Shown here in pieces: positions 42,139 through 54,932 of a stretch of 64,000 nucleotides of DNA. The DNA comes from Zygnema circumcarinatum SAG 698-1b (Eukaryota > Plantae > Zygnematophyceae). The notes under the pieces were generated by a model. The model searched no databases. It was given only the letters and a program-made list of their open reading frames with translations, and had not been told where the DNA came from. Within the stretch, counting starts at the first letter, position 1; every line of letters starts with the position of its first letter. The translations under genes were made by a program, and so were the position numbers. The stretch lies in assembly GCA_037447605.1 (NCBI GenBank), contig CM074817.1:2581209-2645208 (forward strand), given 5' to 3'.

Positions 42139-45100
42139 TCACCTACGTTTTTGCCTCCCTTTGCCTTTCTTTCCTGCTTTCCCCTTCTTCTTCTTCTTCA
42201 CCGTCGAAGAGCCCGATCGTCTGCTCTGACTCCCAAACCCTAAATCGAGCTTATGAGGGTTTCCTCCAGACCCACTCCCAGTTTTCTGCTTTTTCGCCAT
42301 TGGCTCAACATAGAGAACGCCGTTTTTGAACTTTCCCTCGGACATTTGAAGGCCCCTATCGTCTGCACTACGCTTCCTTGACTTTTCCTTCTGCTTAGCC
42401 TTTCCGCTGCCCTTCACAAGGATCATGCCAGCAGCAACATCCTGCAAGAAAACAAAAATAATAGTCTTAAAAAAAAGGAATGAAATCATAAAAAAACATA
42501 ATGGCAGAAATGCCATTTATTTATAATGAGCCCTCACTAATGTTGGAAGGACCACCCTCAGGACCATTGCAAATAGTTCGAATCTCCTCATTCACACCTC
42601 GAATCACATTCCGGGTTTTCTTTCTCTCTCCCTATCTCTTCCTCGTCCTCCCCTCCCCCGCTTACCCACCTCCCCCCGCTCCCTGCTTCCCTTCCCCCTT
42701 TCCTTCTTCCCTCCTTCCCTTCGTCCTCACTTCTTCCCACTTCGCCCTCCTTCCCCCCTCCCCCTTTCCCCTCCTTTTGCACCTCCCCCACTCACTCTCG
42801 CACTCACTCTCTCCCTCCTCCCTTCCCACCCCCTCCCGGGTGTTTATGCAGAAGAGCCATATATAGCTCCAATGTCATTTCCTCAAAAAATGAGAATCGT
42901 GTTATCATGGACAAACGGACAACCGGAAAAAAACACATACAACACAACACAACACAACAACCTCACATTATTCATTACCTTGCAGGAGCTTGAGCAGCAA
43001 GTCTTTCAACTCACCTCTTGCCTCTGCTGCTCTTCACGGCTCTTTGATGCCTTTCTGATGGCTAAACCAAGAACTGGAGAGCATTTGGGGGACTTTGCAG
43101 GCTGCATGGATGCCCAAACAAAGGAAGAAAACTGTGTTCAGAACAGACTCACAGAAGTGAGGGAAACAAAATGTAACGATACAACAAAAGTAGTGTCCGC
43201 CCCACCTCTGTCTTTCTTTATTATGGAGGATGCAATAAATGAGTTCTGCCAAGCTGTGGGTGGGATAAACAGCAGAACTACTCATTACTGTACTGAAACA
43301 AACATTCGATACATGTGTGGAGAGTACGATCACAACCTTTGCTCCCAGCTCAGTGAACTTTTTCGCTTCCCACTTCTTCTGATCTTTTTCATTCATATGT
43401 GAAGCACCTGATCAGCGATAAAAAGTCACACAAGTAAATTCAAAACTTGCTGACCTCAAAACAAAAGTAATGAAGGTAAGAATCGTTCTCTAGATGACCA
43501 AAATATATGATTACACAGAAATGTAATCGGCAGAGTAGTGAATAAACTTGAGTGCTTTGAAGTTCGACAACTCACAAAATAAACATAAGATTTCTAAAAC
43601 CACGAAACGGGCAACAGAGTAAGTGAGCAGAGAGGACTGAAAAAAAGTGCTCACCGAGGTTTTCAACTTCTCGTGATATGGAGGCAAACATCGCCGACCC
43701 AATGAGGTCTTCCTCCATTGTTCGTTTCATAGATGGGGAGAGACTCACTTTGTGGACATCTGCTGCACGAGGAGACTGGCAAAGGCCAAACATCAATAAA
43801 AAAAGCAGCAATCAATAAACAGCTAGCAAGATCCCAAGACTCCATTTCATCTGCAGGAAACACCTGACATCAAGCACTTACGATTAACCAAAATTCACAC
43901 AGTTCGAACTGCATGGGACCATCACAACGCAACCGCATGGAACCATCCATATCTGTTCATTTTTAGAGAGATGGCGAGCAGCTTCCATTTCTTTCCTCTT
44001 TCTGCTCAAAGTGGCCCTAACTGCAAATAAAACGAAGTGGAAGTTGATAGAATTCATCTAGAGCACTGCATAGGTTGAAAATTCAAAATGGAAGACAAGG
44101 CACCGCTGAAAACATTGTCAACTATATTGATGTACCATAAAAAGACGACGCTCTTTTTTGCTCAGTGTTGATTTGGGAGCAGACGAGGAGTCAAGAAATA
44201 CAACAGCCTTCTCTTTGACAGGAGTTTCTCCACCAGCTGCTCCTTCCGTTTCTTCAGCCTCTGCCAGACAATACACATGAACTACGGAGTTGAGTTGAGT
44301 TGAGTTGAGTTGAGTTGAGTTGAGTTGAGTTGAGTTGAGTTGCGTTGAGTTGAGTTGAGTTGAGTTGAGTTGAGAAGTTGAGGCGAATGGAGGGATGGCT
44401 GGAGCAAGCAAGGAAGTGCACAGGGAGGAGGGAAAGAGGGCGAGAGGAAGGCAGGGATGGGAACAGGGAGGGAGGGACTGGAGGAGCAGGGGAGCGGGCA
44501 GGAAGGAAGGGGGCAAGGAGGAGGGAGGGAGGAAGCCGGAGACGGAAACACGGAGGGAGGGAAGGGAGGAGCAGGAAAGCGGGCAGGGAAGGAAAAGGCC
44601 AGGGAGAGAGAGGGAGGGAAAGGAATGCAGGGATGGGAACAGGGAGGGAGGGAACGGAGTGGGAGGCAAGAGGGCGTGGAAAGGAGGAGACGGCCTTAGG
44701 GGATGCAGTCACGGGAGGGGTTCGGGGAGAGGGTGGAAGAACGGCGAGGAGAGGGAACGGGGCAAAGGATGGCGGAAGCGTGAAAACGGGGGGAAAGATG
44801 GAGAGGGGGGAAGGGACGACTGAAGGAGGTGGAAATCGACGGAGGGAGACAGGAAAGGGGGGGCAAGTGAGAATGCGGAGGCGAGGCAAGGAGGAATGTG
44901 GGGGATGGGCGGCAACTAGGGGAAGGGAGCGAGATAATGGGAGAGGAAGGTTGAACAGGTGTGACAAGGAGGTTAAGTCAGGAGAGGAAGGAATGAGGGG
45001 AAGGGCCGGACATGAGGGACTTGAGGGAAGAGAAAGAGAAGACGGGACGAGGTAAGGAAAGAGGCCACGGAGCAGGGAAGGTGAGAGGGGCAGAGAATGG

Positions 45101-46385
45101 GAAAAAGGGAGCAGGCTCGGGCGATGAAGGAGGAGGGAAATAATGGCTTCACAGTCAATATATTTTGCTCCGAATGGTTTGTTGCTAAGGGTGGGTAAGG
45201 GTAAGGGTGGGTAAGGGTAAGGGTGGGTTTCCATTGAGGTTACACTATAACCCATGACCCCAACACAGCTCGCCACGTCGGAAAACTGTGTACGTGGCAG
45301 CCTGAAATTGGCCATACATTTTAGGGTGCCCTCAATGGAAGCCCACCCTTAGCTAACAAACTGCGGATGTTTCCAACAGGCCCAGGACAGAAAGTAGAAG
45401 CTTGGAATTGGAGATTTGAAATTTAAGTAGAAAATAAAAAGACTTTTCAAATGAAGATGCAAATAACCAAGTGAAACTATTTAAAAGTTGGCAGAGTTAA
45501 TCTTTTCCACCTTGTTAGGGTTTTAAGCCAAATATTAAAAAAAAAAAAGTTGAACAGTTTCCTATGATTCAACCCCATTCAACTGCATTGAAGATTGCAA
45601 GATATCATTTTTTTTTATATATAAAAAATGAAGTTGGCCTTTGCCTTATTGCATGCCCTCACCATCATGAGAGCCTTCGGCTTCAGAGCTACCGCTCACC
45701 TCGGCATCTTCCCCTTCCTCGTACTCTCCAAGAGCGTCCACCTGCGATGCAGATTTTCAGCAACGAGGAAGAGAGGGAGAAAGGGAGGGAGGGAAGGAGG
45801 GAGGGAGGGAGAGGGAGGGAGGGAGAGGGAGAGGGGGAGAGAGAGAGAAGACGAGGGAAGGAGAAGATAAGCTCCCTTGCACAACGCAGAGGACACTCAG
45901 CAGCAAAGCTGTGCAAGATTAGTAAATAGTGGCTACCTAACAAAACAGTATTGCTTCCTATGCGCAAGAATTATCGAAAAGGTCTTGCGTTTCTTCATTC
46001 ACCTCCGCTTCATCTCCGCTCCCAGCGTCATCAAACATGCGCATGAATTTCTCGCCTGCACGACCACTGTAGGCTCAATGAGTCAGCAATACACTGCATT
46101 CACGTGCATAAACATTCCACTATTCAAGAATCAAAGTACAACTGCAAAAGTCAGAATCCTCATGACCATCTTCCGTTGTCGCTTGGAAAAACTACTCCAA
46201 GTGTGTAATTCATGAAGTAGTCCTTTGAAGTGCAAAAATGTGCAGGGCAGTTCTGAAACAGCTGAAGACAAGAGACGTTATGAAGAAGACGGCAATGTTG
46301 TAATGTGCACTGCAATCCGTCGCAACTCACCATATTCCAACAGCTTCACCGGGAGGCCCTCAGCTTTCAAACCAGGTCGCTTCAT
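42139..46385 (-). CDS. DUF4602 / C1orf131(Faf1)-like nucleolar protein, 8 exons
   Basis: MKRPGLK...YGEKFMRMFD, acidic stretch, REVENLGASHMNEKDQKKWEAKKFTELGAKPAKSPK, DRGLQMSEGKFKNGVLYV, Lys-rich tail; all junctions GT-AG and in phase. Confidence 0.78.
44287..44375. repeat. (GAGTT)n pentamer array just upstream of a 3' splice site
   Basis: Directly visible. Confidence 0.95.
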
Positions 46386-47143
46386 GTGCGCCTATTTAGC
46401 TTGCAAGACCTCCTCGAGAGTGAGAGAGAACAGAGCGCCGAGAGAGAGCAGGGAGAGAGAGAGAGAGAGAGAGCGAAGTGAGCGAAAGAGCGCCAGTTGT
46501 CGTTTGGGAATTCGAGAGAGCGAGAGCGAGAGAGCGAAAGAAAAGAAAGAGAGAGAGAGCCAGAGATTGCGATAATATGAAATTTGGTAAAAGGAACCTC
46601 CCAAATTCCTCACAGATTTCCTGAAAAATGGGCGGCCTCCTGAAGGGTTGCAGTCTGAAAGAGACCTCCAAATTCTGAAGAGGGAGAGAGAGAGCTACTG
46701 GATGGAGGACCGGTCCATTTTGAACAACCATTTGCCACCACTACATCACTTGCAATGTGATGTAATGCCAGTTCAACATCACCTCGCCGCGGCATGCTGC
46801 GCAACATGTATGTTGCCGATGTTCGCGACATCACTTTTTCCGGCGATGTAGGGGCGTGAAGTGATGTTGGCCATGCCATGGCACATACTGTTCCAGTTGG
46901 CTGATGCCAAGGAAAATTGGAAAGTCAAACCCTAACGGATAGGCCAGCCATGGCCCATGGCTAAGGGCTTGCAAAAAATTAGGGTTTGAAGAAGAACAGT
47001 GATATTTGATAGAGAGAGAGAGTATGTGCAGCTGCTGCATATGCATCCGAAATATATATATTTTTTTTCTCTTTTTAGCGTGAGTATAAGGATGATAAAC
47101 TGTTTTTCTGAAGCTTAGGGTTTCGTTGCAGTCTGCTTGCAAG

Positions 47144-50100
47144 ATGAGCAGGCTGTCATTCCGACCACGGCCTTTGGATATCAACAAGAGGCTGAGGCTT
47201 CTGAAGACGCCGGAAGAGCTTGAAGATGAGGAAGATGCGGTGAAGATAGTGCAGCATGTTGTGCTAGAAGCTGAGCACAATAAGGAGGTTCGTCGATTTT
47301 CTGAATAGCCCACGATGTTTTTATGGCAAATAATGTTTGCAGTTCGCCTATATATGATGGTCTGTGTGTTCTGTTGCTTTAGATTGCGACAATGGCTACG
47401 AAATACTGCCGTTAGGGTTCCATTCTGCAGAGCAAAAGTTGACTTGAAGTGGATCTCATGGCTAAGCAGCTGGTCTTTCCTTCGTTCTCTGGCTTTCAAA
47501 CTGCTTTCAAGACCAGGTTAACTCTCTGCATGCCTAATGCAGTGTGGATGGAAACACCGCAGAAATATCGACTGCAGAAATATCATGCAGACGAATTCCA
47601 AAGAGTGACGTACAGCAGCAGCCTTGCAGATGATTTCCTTGCCTTGGACATAACAGATGCTTGAGAAGAAATGAAGCTGAGAACGCTTTGCATGTTCTGC
47701 AGGCCGCTCCAGCTCCAACTCGAAAAGGAGGGACTGAAATTCCCACTCCGCGATTTGAGCCGGTCGATTCCTACACTACAGATTACACTCCTACTTTCAA
47801 ACAGCCTCCTTCTTACGTTCGCAGCAAGCCTGGTAAGTGCAGTTTTTTTTTTTTTTTTTTTTAGGGTTAATGAACTCACACACCTGCAGGTATTTCACAA
47901 CACCGGCATTCAGCTGCTCATGCTGCTTTTGTGCTTCCTCAGTGGAATTTCATGGTTAGAGCTGGCTCCAGTCTGCAAAAGACATGCTCCGCAAAACACA
48001 ACTAACATACAATTGAAGTGCTTTTGGTGTTTTTCGTTTTTTTTTAATTTACAACAGCGCGCTCTGAAACTGGAGATTTTGTGGAGTACGATCTTGATGA
48101 CGAAGATGATGAATGGCTTTTCTCCTTTAACATGGAAAGGAAAATACTTTCGGCAGGAAAGTAGGTTACTTTCCTTTTCACTTGTGGTTGCTGTGTTGTG
48201 GCATTGCTTTTTGAATTATTTCTCTGAGTTCTAATGTTCAATGTGCTCTTCATGTGTATGTATGTTTCTATTGTTTATTGTTGTTTATGTATGTTTATGT
48301 CTGTTCGGGTCTTTTTATATCTATTGTTTATTACTTTATTTTGCCCACTATGTCTTCGTACAAGGAACTTTGCGTAACTTGAACTTTACGATAGTCAGCT
48401 TCATATTTGATTTTCGGATGATTGTTTTAGCCCATCGTTTAAGCTGTTGCAGCTTCTTTGTGCCACCCCTTTTGTTTTCAGCCATTGCTTTCTCTTTTTT
48501 TTGAGGTCCTTACTCCCTCCCTCTCCCTATCTCTTTCACAGACACACCCTCTCACTCTTTCCCTCCCTCCCCACGCCCGTCTCCTATCTCCCTTTCTCCC
48601 TCTCTCTCTATCTCTTTGTGAATTTTGCTTTCTGCTTTCTATGTTGGGGGCTTTCAGGTTCGAATGGATGTTGTACAAATTAGAAATTCTCGATCACAAG
48701 CAGAGAGAAAGAGCAGGTCTTGGCCCCATGGTATTAGGGAATGCTGTACCACTCCTTCTGCAACGAGAGCAAGCCTACGAGGTACGCCCCGAAAAATCTC
48801 TACTTTTTTTCTGGTCTGTCTGCTCATTTTCTTTTTTCTATATATAAACCTTCTGATGATTCCCACTTATTGGGACTGGCTTCTTATAAGAGCCTGCTTT
48901 TCTTATGAAGGTGAATTTCTGCATTCCATGGTGATCCGTAATCTTATCTTTACTTACCGTTTTCCTTTTTTAGATTTTTCATATTTGTCTTCCTAAGGCC
49001 TTATCGCAAGGTAGGTGCTGGGCTTACCTGTGCTTGCTCTCACAGGCATTGAGCAGCCAAGTCACGAGGATGGCTCTACTTTCAGCTGTCTATGATTACT
49101 GGAAGTCTAAGGTATGCAAGTGTAAAAAAAACATTCCATCCTTTCATGTCTCAAATAAAAAAGTTTTTTCTCAACTCAGCGGGACATTCAGAGGCATGGC
49201 TTTGTAGTTTTCCGTCTGATTGATAGACTTAACATGTATAAGCTTCAGTTGACGAAAATCAGCCAGTAGAGTTAGTATTATAGTAGTAAGTTTTATGGGT
49301 ATAACTTGCAGGATAGCTCCTCAGACTTTCTGCGAGTCTTCAGTTGTCCTACTTGGTCTCGCAGTAGAATCCATATTATGCTTCGGCCATGAAGCTACGA
49401 GGAGATACCCTCCCTCCCTCCCTCCCTCCCTCCCTCCCTCCCTCCCTCCCTCCCTCCCTCCCTCCCTCTCTCTCTCTCCCTCCCTCTCATTGAGGGCCGC
49501 TCTCCTTCTGTGCAGCGGGAGCGGTGGCAGAAGCCCATTCTTCGGAGGTTGCAGGTAAAAAAAAGCACAGGAAACCCCAATTTTGGCTTTAATAGCTACA
49601 GAACCTCTTAACCCTGACCGACATCATTCCTTATCGCTGGCCCTTTTTGCTATGTATCCTAACCCTTTTCTTGTTCACCTTAATTTTCCAAAAGCCAAAA
49701 ATCTTTGGCAATTGTTGAAATCAGCATTCTTTACGAGCATTAAACTGTTTGACTTGTGAAATGCTTTCGTTCTAGGGTTGTTAGGGTTGAATTTCCAATG
49801 CTTTCTTACCTCTGCTTGCTATTTTTTTCCGCTACCTTTTTCCTCTTTATGGTTGTATTCTTCACATATTCCACCCATCCAGTGTCTCTGTACTGGCAAT
49901 TCATCGTTTAGCCCTGAAAAATCTGACCCAATCGAATATTGGCACTTGGCTGCATGCAGCCTGCTCCATCCGTAACTGACACAAATCCGTTCAACGTATT
50001 TCGACCACGTGAAAGAATACATCGACCACATACGCGGCGGGTACGGCCGACTTTTGCATTTAGGGTTTCTAGGGGTCTATCCTTGGCCAGTTTAGGTTTG

Positions 50101-52534
50101 ACCCTTCTCTGTCAGAATGGACTTTTGGAACATTCGCGCCAGACCGTACGGAGTGCCAGTGTTTTTAGAGTTTTTTGGGCCAATCGCGGCTAGTCTGTCA
50201 GGTTAAATCACTTGGCAGACACTTTAAGAAGTTGCTAAGGAAGGTGATGGTTGTATCCCGAAAAAGTATTCTTAAATAGCGTGCCCTTTTTCTAGCAGGA
50301 GTGCATTTCTGTTCATGTATTTAGAGAATGCTGACGCGCATTCTGATGTACTTGGACTTTGGGCAGATGCAGAGAAGGGAGAATGATGCGCAGTCGTTTG
50401 AGAAACTTCGACAGGTACGTCTCTTTCTCTCTCTCTCCCTCTCTACGCTTTTTTTGGTGGAACTCTTGTTCAGAAACAAACGCAGTTGGCTGCATTGTTT
50501 TTTCCTTGTCTCTTTGAAGCTCCTTGCGATGCCTGAGACCTTACAAAAGCAACGCACAAATGTAAAATGCAGGTTCGGTGGAATCTGCAGGAAGCCAAGT
50601 TGCTCATAAATTCTCTTACACAGGTATGGGATGGTAGAGAGAGGGAGAGAGGGAGAGAGGGAGAAGGTCAAGGCACGCTGTTTATCACACAAAGCCAGCT
50701 ACATGAAGAATGAAAGCTATATGAAGGTATATGCTGACTGGCTGTGAATATTTTTCTTTTGAGGGCTTACCTCTCATCCACATTTATATGGGGGGCGTGA
50801 CAGAGGGAGAGAAAAAAGAAGGAGCTTGTGGAGGTTGAGCGTGACATTCAGCAAGTACACATACAGAGAAAGGTAATCAACCGGTAACCAAATTGTCCGT
50901 GCCAATGGTATCTTTGCTGCTATTGTGTTGTTTATGTTGTTGTTTCATGCATAGTGTTACTTTGGAGACTCAACCTGCCCCTTTAGAACGAACCTGGTTG
51001 CTAACTGAGTTAACTACTTCGGATAAAGCTTGAGAAAGAAAGGCTTCAAGAAGGCTCTCTTTTGTGTTCTTCCCGGCGTACTGTGAACCCACTTTCAAAA
51101 TATCAAGTCGTTTTGTTGTTGCTTATGAGCGCATAAAGAGAGTAGCTATGCTATTCAGTCGTACAATCCCAATAACTCGACACGCCCAGCTCCGGTTACC
51201 CTTAATCCGTATAACTAAGTTACCTTCAATCCTTATAACTTATTTGCCTTTAATCTTTGTAATTCTACGTCTCTACCAGTCTATTCACCTCACAAAAGTT
51301 TGCAATAAAATATCCATCACCCCCCTCTCTCTTTCACTGCAGCATGATATGCGTGGCGGAGATGATGATGCTCTGCTCGCATCCTCCATGCATGCCATGC
51401 ATCCCCCCCCCCCAAAGAAGCCGAACATGCAACGCCGATTTGAAGCGGCGGAAACTGCCACTCTTCATCCTAGTGGTTTGAGCAGCGACCAAATAAATGG
51501 CCACTTTTCGGAGGCAGAGAGACGGAGGTCCCGGCTTGCACAGCCTGTTGTGACACCTGTCACAGATGCTGACGTGTCCCAAGAAGGGGATCAAGGGGAG
51601 TTGGCGAGATATCGGAAGAAGAAGAGGAAACGGAACATACCAAACCTGCGCGGAGGCAGGCCTGTGAAGAAGGTGAGCTTTTCTTTCGTTTTTTTTTTTG
51701 GAGTCGGGGGAGGGGAGGGGAGGGGAGGTAAAGGGGAGTGAAAGAGAGGAATATGGGAGTGGGGGAGGGGTGGGGGGGGAAGTTGAGGGGAGGGGTGGGG
51801 GAGGGGAGGTGAAGGGGAGAGAAAGAGAGGAATAAGGGGGGGGTAGAGGGGGGGGAAGGGGAAGCTGGAGTCTGGAGGGGTATTTAAGAAGCGAAAATGA
51901 AGACAGGCAGCAGGAACGGAGGAGCTTTCTACAAGGGAAGAGGCGGTGGACCAACTTCCAATCTTGCAATTCCTGTTGTACCCAAGTCAATGTTTCTTTT
52001 CTTACTAGAAACCCTTAAGACCCTTAAGACCCTTAAAGACCCTTATAATCCTAAAAAACCCTAAAACCCTCACGCTCTCCTTGTGTTCTTCCGCGAGTGC
52101 AGATGATGGTTATGAAGTCAGTCGATCCGGTGCTCATATTCGCCCAACCCTTAGACTTAGAAAAGCTTGCTGCCAGCGGCATAGAACCGCCCCCTCCCCT
52201 CTCCTATTCCCCCCAGAACGGATGCTGTGAGCCAAAGTTGGCCTGCCGAGCCAGAATTGGGCGAGGAGGTCGAATCCTATTTGACAGGTGGAACGCTCTA
52301 GAAGGTCGGCCCCTTAGAGAAAGCATTCCCACTTTACTGCCCCCCTCTCAGCCCCCCCTCCCTCAATCAGAGGATAGGTCCCATCCGCCACCTCCAAGGT
52401 TGGAAGGAACAGGAGAGAGAGAGGTGAATGGGCCCATCCCCTCGTCATCAAATCTTAACAGTAGTGATAATGGGCAGTATACCAATCATATGAGAGAAAA
52501 AGAACCGGAGGTGTCCAATCTTCAAACTCATTAA
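47144..52534 (+). CDS. EPL1: Enhancer of polycomb-like protein (NuA4 subunit), 12 coding exons
   Basis: MSRLSFRPRPLDI, EIPTPRF, VEYDLDDEDDEWL, FEWMLYKLEILDHK, YDYWKSKRERWQKPILRRLQ, DTNPFNVFRPRE, MQRRENDAQSFEKLRQ, RARIGRGGRILFDRW. Confidence 0.95.
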
Positions 52535-53139
52535 ACCTCCTCGCTGAGGGGTGAAGGAAAAGGAGAAAAAAAAAAATGAAAAATTTTCAGCTGGTTCATT
52601 TGGGTGCGTGCTATGTCCGCTTGTTGGCCTTTCGGTGAGGTGATGGGAAAGCTTCGGATCGGAGGGCTGCTGTCCCATGTGCTTTGTTCCGTGTTTTGTT
52701 CCATCTCCAGTGATGTGGCTCCTCTAGTGTTGTGGTGGGTTCCCCTTCGTAAAGATGCCCCTCAAAAGTGCCTTATTCGGGGTTTCTGCGCGTTCTAATG
52801 GAGCAGATAGAAGCGTTTTACACATGTGAAGAACATTAAGGGTTAGACGATCTGATGAGTCTGCGGAACGAATGGATGGACGTTGTATTTGATACTTAGT
52901 AAAAAAATGGAAAGTGAGCACCACCCTCAACAGACAACCTAGACAGTCCTGTGGAGGAAGCCAAAAATATTTTTACAAATTTACCTCATTGAGTCACCCG
53001 CCATGCCCAATTGAGCCTAAATTAGTGTTTTGTTAGCTCTGACAGAGCCCCACTGTCCAAGTGATTCCAAAAAGTTGCCAACCAGTTGACGAATAAAAAC
53101 TAGGACTACAGAGGGACGGTTGCGGTTTTTCACTAGGAA

Positions 53140-53575
53140 GTCACGTGGCACCCAAAGTCTACATGGCAAGAAATCATCCAATGGGAAACTGCCACGTGTC
53201 ATCGACAACATTTTGACCAGAGGAAGCTGCCACGTCATCTCTAGGTTTGGACAGCGACCGGTCGTCGACCGGGTGACGAACGGACGGATGAACGGAATCG
53301 GTTACTTCGTGCCACGTGGCATGAAGTCCTCGTCCGGAGCCGCACTTGGACGCCCAACCGCGCCACGTTGGATGGAATAAAATGTCACATTATCCAATCG
53401 TTGGTCGCCATGTGGACGCCACGTGGTCGCTTCGCATTGGCTGTGAGCTTGGCACCCTCGAGCGGGGGTCACGGTGGACCGTTGTTGTGGAGCCAGCGTG
53501 GCACCGAGTCCGTCGATCACGTGGCAGTGCACGACTAGACAACTTTGTCGTGGCGGCCACGTGGTCGCCACGTCA
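53140..53575. promoter_or_regulatory. Dense G-box/ABRE plus CCAAT cluster between two convergent genes
   Basis: Six CACGTG sites, further GCCACGT cores, and two exact CCAAT-N9-CCACG (53178-53196, 53422-53440). Confidence 0.55.
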
Positions 53576-54932
53576 GACAAACGCGCCCTGATAGAACCCG
53601 GAAACGCGTCGCACACGACGGCGAGACTGTCTATGGAACTCCGCCTTAAGTTGAGGACGGTTTCACAGTTTTTGGATCGAAACCCAGCTTTTCGAAAAAT
53701 CAAACTGAGGACTGAAGGTCGCATCAACGCACTATTCGACGTGGGAAGCATGTTAGTAATGTTGTTCAGCAGAAAGCATGAACCATGAACCATGTCTTTG
53801 TTCAACAAATTCATGGCCACTAAACAACAACAATGTAGTTGAATCGCAAACAAATCAACATGTTTGATCGTGCAAGATAAAGTACATTGAATCTAGACAT
53901 ACAATACATTACAGGCAGAGCCAATACATGATGTTGTGAAGGTGCAACTTGATTATGAGTAGCAAGTTTTTGTTTCCCTACCTATTTTCTGTTTGATTTC
54001 TTCAGTTTAGGACCCCCTAGAAAGGGGGTTTCTGCCCCCCTGCAAGTTACATATTACAAAAAATAAACGTAGAATAATCTAAAATGTATAAATTGACTAT
54101 AAATAATTCTATATATACCCCTCCCCAGTAAGTCCCCTTGTCCTGAAGACCGGCAAAACCCCAAGATTCTAGTTTTTAGTTTTCAGTTTAGAAGCAAGAC
54201 AAGCTAAGCAGGAGGTCCCTAAAACCCTTAAGTACCAATAAAGGTTAAAAAAACGGAGCCAGTTCCGCCCTCCTGTAGTAGAGCCTTCTCCTTCATCTCT
54301 CACCGTTCCCCAACTTAGAACTACCTCTGATCGAGCCTTAAAATCTCGAAAAAAAAACTAATGCATACATTAATTATATACTTTACTCTGCCTGTGTCCC
54401 TCCCTAACTATTTTCCAGCTGCTCCTCTCCCTTATCTAAGTCTCCGCCACATCAAACAGTGCCCCTATCCTCCCCTTTATAATGTAGCAATACTGCGGCA
54501 CAAGCAAGTACATTGCCGCAAAAAAAAAGAAAAAAAAAGATTCTTAACAACATATTCTTCCGCGGGGTAAACCTGCAGGAAAAAAAGAAAAAAACGTAAT
54601 GAAAGTTCCCGCTGCATGGTCGTGCATGGCCGCCGATGAGTCCTCCGCGGCACGCCAAGGGTTTGAGCCCGTCCCTTGACAAAGCACCTCTCCTTCTTGC
54701 GCTTCACTATGGTACAACAACTACATCCAATTGAGACAAGCCATGGTCATGGCAAAACAGTCCTCCACCCATTTAAAGGGAAGAAGAGAGGGAGGGAGTG
54801 GGAGAGCGGGAGGTGGGGGGGGAGAGAGAGGCAGGGAGAGGGGTACCCCGAAGGATTCCCTCCCGTGGTCCTTATGCCTTCGTCTAAATGGCCACATTTT
54901 CAGGTCTTTGTGGCTCTGACTTTTGTAGATCT

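Noticed and set aside
46648-46851. uORF upstream of EPL1
   Set aside because: Lies in the divergent promoter interval; no evidence of transcription or conservation
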